A stretch of 64,000 nt of DNA from Raillietiella orientalis (taxonomy: Eukaryota): the NCBI GenBank assembly GCA_036172245.1, contig JAYWIR010000002.1, positions 372,001-436,000 of the forward strand, written 5' to 3'. Positions 37,128 through 49,606 of the stretch are shown one piece after another. The position numbers and the translations under genes were made by a program. Each line of letters opens with the position of its first letter. Within the stretch, counting starts at the first letter, position 1. The notes under the pieces are model-generated. The model was not told where the DNA came from. It saw only the letters and a program-made list of their open reading frames with translations, and searched no databases.

Positions 37128-38804
37128 CGCCCGCGTCGGCAGCCGTGTGGTCGCCGCATGCGTCACCAAGCGTTGCGGGTTCGAATCTCACCCGGGGAAG
37201 GATCGATTCCAAGAAATTGGTGCGTCGTGGGTTTCGATTTCCTCCCTCAGCAGGGTCACTCCGCGGCATTTATTTATAAAATAAACACATGTCTGTGGCA
37301 GGACGTTTGATCCTTCCGCGTTACTTATGGATACGAGAAGGAACCTGCTGGGAACCGGCACTCAGGCCAGTGGGATTCGCCTCGGCAGCACAGGGGAAGG
37401 GGAGACAAACGAAAAGAAAAAAATAAATAAATCAAAAAACATACAGTCAAAAAAATGGGGGAGGTTCGAGAAGGAATCACTTGTGCTGGAGGGTGTCCTC
37501 TGCATCCTTATAAGGATGCCGGCAAGTTCCTGTTTCAAGACTCCCAGATGGGGCTATCTTGACGTCCTATCCTCATGAAGAGGACAGCAAAATAGTTGAC
37601 ATCCCTGTCGTTATGGCCTCCTCTGGCATTGCTGGTCCATGCAACCACGAACTCTCCCCGTGGGCAGCGCAGTGCTGCTGGAGATGCGGCCGGTGGGAGT
37701 GCGTCTTCCTGGAAGAGGCGTTTCAGAAGGCCTCTGGGATTGCCCTCGGGGATCCACAGAGACGCAGCAAAACGTCCCCAAAGGAGCCAGAGGGCAGCAC
37801 AGTTCACTAGGAGGTGTGGAAGAGATTCCCGTTCCCCGCACTTTGCACAGTTTGGATTCACACACATCCATGTCCAATGATGCCAGTGGGCATTGCACGG
37901 GGGGCCCCGGCGCAGCAGCATCAATGCTGACTCCTGCCAGGGTGCGGATGTTCATGAGCACCGGGGACCATTACAGGTCATCCTCCGGAATACCCAGTAG
38001 CACGCCCCAGAGCAAAAGTCCACGAGGTCGAGCACTCGGGGTCTCTGTGTCCGTGAGCTGGCCCGTCGTCCACCCTCCCGATCCTCTTTTCCTTCCGGAG
38101 ATCTCCACAGTAACCTCCCATCTAGCCGTAAGGCTGCTGCCCATGTGTTCCCTAAGGGAGAGCAGTGCTGATGGGAGCCGGATGAACCCGTTGACTGACC
38201 GTGACTAGAAGTCGACCCTCCGGGGTGCTTCCGAGAACCAAGAAGACGAATCCCTTCGGGGTTCCCCTCTGGTGTTGAAAATAGAGCCTTTCTTCTCCTT
38301 GAGAAGGGGTGGGGACAACCCTCCATCGCGTACCATGCATGGTGTTGGTTGATGCATCTCCAGAGTGCCAGAAGCGCTCTGCTCCCTTCGGGGAGTGCGT
38401 CCTTCAGAAGAATTTGGAAACGTTCCTTCGAGGATCTCTTCAGAAGAGCAAAGCATGTTCCCTTGCTGGTTTCCTCCTCCGGAGAAGGAATGAGAATTGA
38501 CCCCCTCCAGGGGTTTCCTCCGGAGAGAATGAGGAAGAGGTTCCCTTCGAGGTTCCCTTGGGAGACAACCAGGGCGAGGTTTCATTACGGGGTTCCCTCC
38601 CAAGAGTAAGAGGAATGGACACTCCTTCCTCGGGATTCATAGGGTTCAAAGCTGGTGCAATGGGTCTGTTTTTCGGGTCTCCAAACTTAAAGAGTGAACA
38701 CGTGCTCCCTCGGGTGGTGTAGAACAGTGTCAAAGAGTTTCGTAAGACCCCTCCCTTCCCCACCCCTACCCCCAAGGAGGCGGACAGTTCTTCAGTACTT
38801 GACA
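37128..38804 (-). repeat. Repeat family A copy 4 (LTR-like, starts TGTCAAG at 38804), interrupted by a LINE 3' fragment
   Basis: Head 37128-37267 and body ~38190-38804 are colinear with copy 1. Preceded on minus by a T8-G6 tract; similarity to copy 1 continues to about 38860. Confidence 0.7.
37268..38185 (-). mobile_element. 5'-truncated L1/Tx1-like LINE 3' end inserted into repeat A
   Basis: ORF 37535-37924 has PCNAHWHHW..NCAKCGERESLPHLLVNC..LW (CCHC finger). Ends on minus in TTTATTTTATAAATAAAT. Confidence 0.75.
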
Positions 38805-39599
38805 AACCCCCCAAAAAAAAGCCCGAAAAAAAAAAAAAGATGGAAGGGAAACAGCGAAAACAGGAAACAGCTGCTGCCATCTCTAACGCTGCTCGCGATG
38901 CAGCTTTGAACTTGCGAGGTAATCAAATGCGGTGGAGCTCTTGGTTGTCTCTGAGTTCCCAGCTCAGAATGATGAGACTCCCCATCGTCACTCGCGATCC
39001 GTGTTAGGGGATATCGAGCCTACACCCACCAATCATCCTGTTTCTGTAGACCATGTGTTCTGGGATCGGCTGCGGAGCATGCCGCCCAACACGCGCTCGA
39101 CTATCTCAGCTTCCGGATCATGCTGTTCATAATTGGCTGGTTCCAAAAGACTGTGCGAGCTGTGTAAGTGACGCATCCTCCCTACGGATGATTCCATCAA
39201 ACAGTTTATCAGCATTGGCAAACAGGACAGCTACTGCCTGGTTCATCATCCTCCAATGCTTCCGTTTTCCGACCATCTCACGCGTTTCCCTCCGTCATAT
39301 TCTTTAAAAAGCCTAAAGTGCAGTGTTTATAGAAGGAAGAGTTCTGTTAAAACAACTGAAAGGCTTCTATGAAAGGTTCCTTTTGTTTTAGCTTTTTTAA
39401 GAACTGATGGAGTATCAACATAGACGGTCCAAGATCAGGAACCATTTTCAACACTGACGGCAACCCTGACATCTGGCGACATATTCTGAGACTATCATCG
39501 AAAGGTAGAACAACCAAAAAAAAAAAAGAGAAAAGAACAGCGAAGATTCGATGCTTTTGAGAATTCAAAAAAAAAAAAAAAAAAAATGTAGAAAAATTT

Positions 39600-40200
39600 A
39601 TCGCAAGATCCCGAGCATTCAGGGACCCCTAAATCTAGTTGTAGAGTTTAGACAGCACCGTGTTTCTGGTGGAAATTCTTGGCAATGAGTTCAAAGCAAA
39701 ACTTGGCAAGCGATTAAAGAGTAAGAAAAATGAAGATGATGCAAAACAGATCCATGTGTTTATCCACTAGTGGTGGAATACACATTTAGTGAGTTTTTTC
39801 GGTAACATCTTCGAATCAGAGTAGGCGCTCTCGACTTTTCGAATTGTGAAACAGGATGTCTAAAGGCACTTCCTCCTGCTTTCCGTTCAAAAGCATTCAG
39901 ATCATCACCATTTCCATTATGAAACAATTCTTACAAATCGAAAGCAATATGACATGATGGGATAAAACTTTATTAGTCAAATCTTTTGTTCGTTCAGCAA
40001 TCTTCATGATGCAGGTCACTACGATCACTCTAATTCCAACAGCATCTCTGCTGACTATCTTTGATGATGGCAGTTCACAGGGAAACGGAAGAGACGATCG
40101 TCAGTAATGAAAAAAAATCAGCTGTTTATCAAACGAGAGCATCAAAGGATTTTTTTTTACATTTCCACTCAAGAACCTGAGCAGGCAGCACGAACCACAG
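39600..40200 (+). mobile_element. Decayed hAT transposase remnant
   Basis: SLDSTVFL followed by QIHVFIH* is spaced like the TDGA..M / HCxIH motifs. Confidence 0.3.
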
Positions 40201-41436
40201 GAAACTCTTTAGTTTATTATCACCATGCTAATCGTCCCACGTGCCTCTTCCCTTGAGTTCTCAATATTTTGCTGTGAGTCGCGATGATGAATTGTGGCAA
40301 CGAGTGATACTGTGCACATGGAATCGAACCATTGTGTGTGGTAGAACGGTCATCACGAAACTTGTGTGTGCCTCTTCTTCTTTCTTTCTAGAAAAATCAT
40401 CTAGAAGCAGCGCTAGGTGCTGCCATCAGTGGACCAGTTGAGCAAAGTTTAAAGAGCTTCTCCCTTCAAATCACATTTTCGAAATAGATTTTATTTATTG
40501 TATTTTATACACACAAGTAATCAAGAGACACATGTAACAAACACATATTCCGTGTAGACGATAAATTCCGAATTCGGGTCAAAGATTTCGTAGCCCCTGC
40601 AGGACACTATTAATTTTAACACCCATCTGATCGACCAGGTCAGTTTCTTGTGCCTTCTATGTTCCTGAAAAATTATCCACACGTGAAATTGCTCCAGAAG
40701 ACACAGCCTTCGTATCTTAGAAGAAGTTCTCGTCTTAGATCACCAGATCATACCAATCATCCAGGAAGGGCACCGTGCCAAGAAATGCTCAGCGAAATTG
40801 CTTCTGAGCAGCCTTGCGCTTATGTTTCAAGATCAGTACACTTTTGTGAACTCGTCTTCCCACGTACATAATTCTGCAAAGACGCGTGTACAAGCAAACG
40901 GCGGCGCCGACAAAGCTCCAAAGACTTTTTCATCATTCGACCAATTCATGTGCCGCCCAGAGCTTTGAAGTAATTTTTCCGTGTTTGCGAGCACAAGGGT
41001 CGTCGGAATTTCTCCTGGGGAAACCGTTGCGCCAAGTATTCGACGTTATGTAATGCATTCGCGAGCGGGCCCATCGCGCCAGGAAGCGCGCGACCTTCCC
41101 GGCCTGAGCACCGAGCACCGCGGAATTACGTCGACCTGCGCCTAGATGGCAGCAGTGGTCATCTCGTTCCCCCCCCAGATGTCGCGGCACTCCTGGAGAA
41201 TTCATTACAAGAATAACTCCAGCCGCGTTTCCTCGCACGATGATTTGAAGATGTGAATGAGCATTCCAAGAAAGAAGCGAAGTCACTGCTCTTGTAATGT
41301 GATCCTCGTGCGATGAGGGCTGGAAGGACGAAAATAAAATTTCGGTGGAACTGTGTCTATGTTAGTCAGGGAGGTGCCTCGTGTGTGGTGTGTGTTGTGA
41401 AATTTGCCTAACTCGGAAGCTTCGGTGCAGCTTCTG

Positions 41437-41462
41437 TGCTGCTGCTGCTGCTGCTGCTGCTG
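41437..41462. repeat. (CTG)n repeat upstream of the laminin ATG, probably 5' UTR
   Basis: About 8 TGC units ending ~75 nt before the ATG. Confidence 0.85.
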
Positions 41463-41535
41463 TACCTACTTTTCGTGAATCGCATCTGTATCTTGACGAA
41501 AGCAACTGTTGATATGGATAATCAGCTTCGGTGAC

Positions 41536-41575
41536 ATGTGGAAACTGGGAGTTTTGCTTCTTTTGCTAAGTCCAG
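41536..41575 (+). CDS. LanB1: Laminin beta exon 1 (signal peptide [13 protein letters not shown])
   Basis: ATG, hydrophobic stretch, CAG|GTGAGT donor in phase 1. Joins exon 2 in frame to give [23 protein letters not shown]. Confidence 0.8.
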
Positions 41576-44500
41576 GTGAGTCCCCGCGTTTTGTTCCGTG
41601 GTTGGAATTCCGTGTCGGAACGAATGCACTCGTCGTCGCTTGGAAGTGTCCGTTCGGAAGCTGCCCTTTTTTTTTTTTTTTTTGGCTGGTCGTCGTCCCC
41701 GCCCCCTCCCCCATCCCCTTCACTCAAGATCACTTTAGCGGTCATGGGTAACTGGGGTTTTGTTCCTTGGAGCGTGCGTTCCATCCTCATCCCGAGCGTT
41801 GCGTGCCTGCTGGGGGTTCGTTTTGCGGTTGTAGGTGGATTTGCGTGCTTGTGTGCACCCGTAGGTGACAGAATGGCGCTGCATGACGTGACGTGACGTG
41901 ACACGGCGCACACTGCAGTCCGGGAACTCGACATTCCCTGCAGAGAAAGCGTTTACCCGTTTTTCACACTTTTCTGAAGCTACGTCGAGAACGCACGAGT
42001 GTTTTTCATGTCTAACTATCCATGCGCGTGTGCGTGTGCGTGCGGACGTGCTGAGTAAAAGACAGGGAAAGCTTTTCCTGTCCACTGAGAGTACTTGGAA
42101 TCATTTGGTATATCATTGGCATGGCTGTCCGCTCTTTTGCTGGAGAGAGTATCGACGCTTCCAAATAAGCCCGGATGAGTAGTATCCGTGGAAAGCAGAG
42201 GATTTCTAACCATGGACTCCAAGAACTTAGCCAAAGATGCATAAGAAAGCCGCATCGACCATGTTCTCCATTATCTTTCTGCAGTCACAAATGTCGATTG
42301 CTGCCTTAATGAGTACACTCTTCGCCAAAAGGTTCCTTGCTTGACAATCACATCCATCTTCGTCGGAGTGGACGGTGGTGGAACTCTTCGAGTGCTGCTG
42401 AGAAAGTTCGGCATCACCACCGAAGATTTCGTACTCAGAATGAGTACCGTACCTCGATCAATTCAACCACTACGTGGTCGCGAGCGGTTGTTAATGCCAC
42501 GTTTGAAGATTTCCAGGAGATGCTCCATAATTTTCGCTCGGAGCAAAAGCATCATCATCCTTTATCTCATTCAACGCAAGGTAAAAAAAAAAAAAAAAGA
42601 AAGAAAACCTATCTTGCTGTCAGGTGATTGGATTTCTTTTTTTCCTTCGGGTGTGAGGTGGTTGGATTTATCTCCTGTCGTACCGTTTCCTAATGACACC
42701 ATCATTTGTTTCTCATGTCATTGAACAGCATTGCCAGTTGATATGGATTTTCGTTCATATGACTGTTCTTTTCGTTAAGGATCTCATAGCCAACGAACCC
42801 ACCCCTGTGATCAGAGCAGTTGCTATCCAGCTACCGGAAACCTTTTGATCGGAAGGGAATCCCGTCTCAGCGCAACCTCCACATGTGGTCTCCATCATAA
42901 GGTAAGGAAGGCCCTCTGGCACGAAAGACGCGTCTTGCCGCCGGTCGTAGCTGCAACACGGGAGTGCCTCCTCCGGGCACGCCCGTTGCCCGCTGTTCCC
43001 AGGACATTCTGCTTCCGATGGAGGTTTCGCGTGCGGTTGCCATCCCCCGATCCCTTTGCTGCTGACCTTTTTCGGCTTTCCGGGTGCATGCAAACACAAA
43101 ATCCTATGTCGGGATTGCACACTTTTCGGTCTTCGCGAAAATGTCAGCAGATGGAAACTTTTTTTTTCCTTTTTCTTTGCGAGCTCAAGTACAGTTCGTT
43201 TGTACAGTGCGAAGGGTAATGAGATACAGATTTTGGTTAACTTGGCATTCCACCCACACATGGATAAGATTGCTTGTTCCTTCCTCCTTTTTCCTGCTGG
43301 AGTTTCTGCGTTCAGTCTGTCACGGAAGCGTGTTGCACACTACGTAACGTGTATCGTATGTGTTCTGAACTCAGGGCTGGCAGCGAACACTTTCGAGCGT
43401 TTTGAACGAATAGCAAAAGCCGCTCCTGTGCCGTTTCGTGTCTGTGAAGAATCCTTTGGTATGGAATTATCGGTTTGTAGCGTGAATCATGCCACGGCCT
43501 CAGAGGCAGTGGCAGACATATTGGAGCTGAATAAAGTCCCTGCTTTTCGTTTTTGTTTTTTGTTTTTTTCTTCCCGGATGGTTCTGGCCTTCGTCCGCTA
43601 CGATTCCATCGGTAGCAGCGGGAGTTTCACACCGGAAACCAGTCTTCTTTGTCCCATCAAATTTCGTCCTGGGTAGCTCGATCGGCCCACAGGATGCTGA
43701 TGCGAAACACGCCATGTCGAAATCAAACTCAGATTTCGGTCCCAGCAGCCCATCCCAGCTTTAGAAAGAGCACAGCTTCTGTCGAGCGGAGACGCTGACC
43801 ATGCGAAGATGTGCCAACTTGTTCTGCATGCCGGCGATTCTGCTTCAAGGCGTGTCGATGTAGCGGGGCACGGTTCAGCAAAAATAATTCCAAACTTCAA
43901 CGTAGCTTCCAATTTTTTTTTTTTTTTGTTTTTTGTCTTCTTATTCCAGCCTGCCAGAGAGAGAGAGAGAGAGAGAGAGAGTCTTTGCGCTTTCGGACAC
44001 GTGATGTAGCGAACTCTTTCCCCCTTTCCCTGCACTTTTCGATTTCGGAGTTTCCTGTGATTTGTTCTGGAAGTGACAAATAAATGGCATATCTTCGTGC
44101 GAAAGTCTCTGCCCCAGATCTCCGACACGGAGGCATCATATCTTTTGTGTGTAGCCTCGAACACGTTGGAAGCATCGAGAAGAATGCTCCGACTCCGCGC
44201 GAAGGGAACTGCTAAGAAACCCCTTTCGTGCGATCTTGTTTTCGGTACGGAAAAGGGGGAACCCCGAGATGCATTTGGGCTTGCGGTTTTTCAGTTTTTG
44301 TCGGTTCACTCGCGTCGGTACAGTTTTCACCTCTGCATCCGAAAAGCGGAGAACTTTTTATCCTCCGTTGCTTAGAGTGAAATCGTGTTGGCCCAAAATG
44401 TGAGCCTCGTTTTTTCCCCAAGCGTGCCACTTTGAGATGGGATGCCGTTTGTTTTCTCTTCACCTCTGAAGAAGAAGAAAAAAAAAAATGGTCCATGTTT

Positions 44501-47500
44501 AATGTCTTGTAGGCGATCAGAGCGTCCTCGATTTAACCCTTAAGAAGATATGGTGTCTGTTACGGCACGCATTCAGGAGAATAGCGAGTCCATCATTTGG
44601 TCGCATTACAAGCTTTTCTGTCTTCCTGGCGCAGATTCCGGTCAAACGGACCGAGCAGAGAGGGGAATTCGGTTTTCTTGCTCTTATCTTGACAGCGCCA
44701 TCCACGTGCATGGACCCGATGTGGAGTAAGTATAGATGTAAGAAAGTAATTACGTGGTTGCGCCAAATTATCTCTCGTTCCCACTATTATTCTAATTTTC
44801 TGTGTGTTGGGGCGAATATGGTAATTACAGAGCGGGACCATTCGTGGAGTAAATTCAACAAAAAAAAAAAAAATCCATCTTCCTTTCCGGGTTTTTCTGT
44901 GCACGATTGCGAAATGTACACACGAGCATGCGAATGCCCCCAGCAGGTATTTCGTGTGTACGTTTCACAACTGGGAAACCCAAAGGACTTGCAGTGTGCT
45001 CGACCGTGTGTCTCGGGGGAACATTTCCACTTGCGTTCTGGTAGAACAGGTCCCGAACCATGCGTGTTCCGTGTTTCTGCTGTGCGTCTTCGTCGCTACA
45101 AACACACCATTCACCGAGCTCCGAAGCTCTGCACGGCTTATTAATTATAAGCCTTTTTTGCAATTCCTCGGTTTTTGACATTTCATCATGCATACTGGTT
45201 CGTAAAAAAAAAAAAAAGGGGGGGGGGAATTTATGCCTTTCTTTCCATTATAAAGTGTTCTGAATGCAAAATAAATGAAATAACTCATCGTCAGGTTGCG
45301 AAATCACTTTCGAGAACGGTCTTGGATTTCAGATCACAAGTTAATGCACGTCGACAGCGCCATCTTTGACATTCACTTGCGTGTGTGTGTGCGCGCGTGT
45401 GTTTTTCCTTTCTTCAGCGTCGAGAACGAATGGGATACAGAACACCAGTGGAACGGAAGATCCGCCAGTGTCTAACGTGATGTAGAGCAACCAACCATCG
45501 GAAAGAATTTCCATGCTGGTTTCCGGAAGGGGGATAATGTACCTTGCAGAATCCCTTGAACTAGTTTGCCGCCAGCAACATCTGTATTTTAAGTGTGATC
45601 CCCCCCTCCCCCCACACACACTGTCAGCGTTTCCTCTCATTCTGGAATCCTTCTCGCGGCAAGGAATAGAGCTGTACAAGATCGTAGTTTCGTACAAACG
45701 AGCAGGAAATCCGGAAGACGTGTCATTGTGAACGCTTTGCTGAACTGATTCATGAACCCGACTTATTGGATTTGAATGAGGATGTGAGCAGGGAATTCAG
45801 TGAAACTTCAGGGTCCCTCTTTCAAAGAACTTTGAGAAAAGCATTTCGGAATTGTCGTGTGCATCTTCATGCATCTCGCTCTCAGTGCTCTGCGTATACG
45901 TTTGTGTATCTATTTCCTTCACAGAGTTACTCACATGCAAGAGTCGGTCTTCGCGTCTTCTTGGCACGTTTCTGCTGAAATACTTTGATGGACAAAAGTC
46001 CGTTGGATTTTGTCTTTTTTTGAGGCACTCCGTCTTCGAAATGCTGTTACTTCAAGAGGAATTTATCCATTAGTGTAAAGTGAAGAAGATTCATTACGAG
46101 AGGCTGGGAACTCACCGGAAGGAGGAATGGCAGTATGTCGACTGACAAGTAAGGAAGAAGTTAAAGGAGGCCCTTCACCTACCATCCTGGGCAGCAAACG
46201 AGTATCTGTACGGAGAGAGAACGAAAGGCTGCATAGGACTAATGAAGCTACTCTTGAGCTACCTTCATCGTGGACAGCTGCTTCAAACTGCTTACGTCTG
46301 CAGACAAAGCAGTAAGTAAACTTGCGAAAATAATCCTGGATGAAATCGTTTAAACACGGATGCAAGAAGCCCCGACAGATGAAAATCTCGGGCAATTCAT
46401 GACGGGCAAGAAGATCACAAAGTCCGGATGGGATATCGAGAGCCTCTGGTCGAAAGGAAGGAAGGCCTCTAGAAGAGTGAAAGCTCGCTGGGAGTTTCGG
46501 CAAGGAGAACCCAGTATCACGGTGGATGGAATGCTCTTTACCAGCAGTGCAAGAAGACGGCTCGCCTCCGCCGTAAGAGCATTTGCAGCGAGAACACGCA
46601 TGGCAGTCCCTCATTGACAACCACGTTCGTCAAGGGAAGGCCATGCAGTGTGTGGGCATGCATTACTCTTCAAGCTTCTTCCATACAAACGGAATCCACT
46701 TAAGACTACAGCTTCATCCATGCGGCAAGACTGAACCTTCTGCCACTAAACGCCGGACCAACGAAGAAGGTTCGTGAAAGGATATGTCGGCGTTGCGGAA
46801 TCGAGGAAGAGACTTTATCACACGTGCTCAACAGATGTAAAAAGCACGCGCCTCTGGCGATGCAGCGCCATGATGCTATCCTGGAAATTATCAAGAAGGC
46901 CGCAATGGATGAAGCCAAATGGACTCTGGTATCAAGTAATCGCAGAGTGCCAGGAACCACCTCCGCCCTAAAACCAGACCTGATTTTGGAAAAAAGCGAT
47001 CAAGTAGGTGTGCTGGACATCTCCTCCATCTCCATTTGAAAACGGAAAGGAGGCGTTCACCACATCCAGATACCAGGATGTCGCCATGCAACTCGGAAAC
47101 ACTGGGAAAATAACTGAAGTGCAGGCGATCCTTGTCGGCCCACTTGGAGCATGGGATCCTGAAAACGACAACGTTCTACAATACCTAGGAATTCCGGAGA
47201 AGAAGCTGATGAGGATACGGCAGCGGATGGTTGCCACCTGCATCCGCTTTTCAAGCAGCATCTATGCAACGCATGTAAGAAGGAAAAATGCAGCCCAACC
47301 AGATGATCGGGACCATGCTCTCACCCCGGAAGAGAGCACCGAGGAAACACACGGAGGGAACATCATCCGCGAAAGATTCTCCAGAGCCATTCCAGCAACA
47401 GTTTTTGTAATCCAAATGCCAAGTGAAGTGAAGAAGATTGCTTCGAAAAACGGATTTTTAGCACTAGATGAAGAGTAATGAAGAATGGCCTTTCCATTTC

Positions 47501-49554
47501 ACGTTTTCCCTGCGGCACCAAAACAATTCAACTGCGCATTTCCAGACTGCTTTGGTCAGGCAGAGGAAAGGAAGAGACCGTAACGAAGATGGGAAGGAGT
47601 GACATGCCATGAAATAAGTGATCAAGACAGTTTGTTTGTGTTTTTCTTATTTGTTTGCATCCTCTCTTTCCTGGTAATTGACTGCAGCGGAGAAATAGGG
47701 TCACGCCATCACTGTTCAGTTGTCTACCTTCTGTAGGAAAAAAATCTGAAGTTTTGATGAATATGCGAACGAGCTATGAATATGATTTGCACATTCTGCT
47801 GCAGGACCTGCTCTGCAGCTGGAAATTTGGCGTGAAAAGATGATTTGCTTGGCATCCCCAAAGATGTCGGGACTTAGAATGGATGTATTTTGATAAGATC
47901 GCAGGTCTCCTCACTGCTTTGGACACTGCACGAGCATCCTTGTGGACTGTGTAAAGCACTACAGGAAAATTCTCGAACTTCCTGGAGCCATTTTGTCTTT
48001 CTTTCGCACTGCGTTGCGTCTGCATCCAAGGCTATCCGAGATTTAGTACTAACCACCAGGACAACAGCAAAAGTATGCTTGGTGTATGAGTATGGGACAA
48101 ACACCTAACTGGCGTAGACACTCTTTGCACATGTGAGATTTTGAGATGTCGAAAACGGAGCGATCGTTTTCTCAGTGTTCCTGATGCTAGGAATTGAAGT
48201 CCTAGTGCCCATTCCAGGAAGTGGTAAAAGTATTTGGGGGGTTAGATGTGCAGGAATGGATCCAGTCACAACAGGTAGACAATGCCAGGATGCAGAACTC
48301 TACGGAGGCACCGGCGTTTTCGACTTTTCTCATCTTCGGATTTATAGATCTCTTGTGCATTGCGGCTGGAAAGGCGTATCCGAATGCATCTCCGGGCAGT
48401 TTCTGAAAGATGGCTGTGGTGGCGAGGTTTCTGCAGAACTTTTCTCGCGTCTCGTTTCGTGCACAGCGGATGACTGATAGATGAAGGTGGGATGGAAGCT
48501 TCCTTGGCAATTTCTCAATGATAATTCATCGGTTTGGGGAACGGGAACAGAAAAAAAGGAAATTCACAGTGCTAACCTGTGCGGTTGGGAACACTGGGAC
48601 CCTTGTTTGTCTTCGGCAGAGGAGGATGCTCAAGGAGGGAGGGGATGATCCTGTTTGCTGACGGAAGCTTGGTGCAAAAATTTCAAGCAGGGTCGGAAAA
48701 ATCATCAGCGAGGGGAATGACGAAAAACTCCAGGCAAGGGAAGGCAGCATCACCCGGGGACTAGAACAGAAAGGCTCGTGCATCGAGGAGCACGTCTCTT
48801 GTATCTATTCAAGCAAATGAAGTTCAGGGCATGCAAGGAAGAGGTTGCCTTCCAGAGGATCCTCTGGTCCTCCCGCGCGCAGAAGACGAACGCGCGCGGA
48901 GTAAGCAAAGTCCTTTCAGAGAAGCTCTCAGAGGAAAAGGAAACTGATTCTCCTTCCCAAGCATCTCCGGGATGGCTGGAAAATTCTCCTGGACTGAAGG
49001 CAACCATCGGGAGCATCTTGAGTCATAGTTTAACCAGTAGTATTTCCACAAGCTCCAAGAGCGGTCTTGTGTACATGGACACACGATTCGGTCAGAGAGA
49101 GCTCGAGGGCTGCAAGTGAACCCAGTTCGGTGCCGCTGGAAGTCCTGAGCAATCATTAAAAAGAAATATGTTCTTATTATATACATCAATATATTTACAT
49201 CTCGATTAATATATAAAGACTATAAAAAAATAAATGTGTACGCATATATTATGTATATTCAGATATACATATTTTAATATGTGGATGAACATACAACTTT
49301 ATTTGAACATACATATTGATTAATATTTATTGGTATACGTATTACGAAAAGTAAGATGCGTTAACTTAATAATGCTTTATTATTTATATTAGTATATGCA
49401 TATTTATATAGAGATTAAGGTATTGTGAAGATTATAAAAAATAAATGTGTATGTTAAAATAAAGTTGTATTTTAATCCATACAATTATATGTATTAATAC
49501 ACAAAAGGCAAGTGTATTTATTTTTTATAATCTTTATAATATATATCACTATAT

Positions 49555-49606
<52 letters not shown>

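Noticed and set aside
37128..37200. tRNA gene (GGGTTCGAATC T-loop); similar at 6286-6360 and 29177-29245
   Set aside because: No consistent acceptor or anticodon stems; it is part of a dispersed repeat.
42226..42236. TTTGGCTAAG match to the U2 snRNA 5' region on minus
   Set aside because: Only ~10 nt, flanks do not match, and it is far from the Utopia-like element.
43706..43720. CTGATGCGAAAC hammerhead-like core
   Set aside because: CTGATGC instead of CTGATGA, and no stem II.
48180..49120. Plus-strand ORFs with [11 protein letters not shown], possibly gag-like
   Set aside because: One weak motif with stops; not enough to call.
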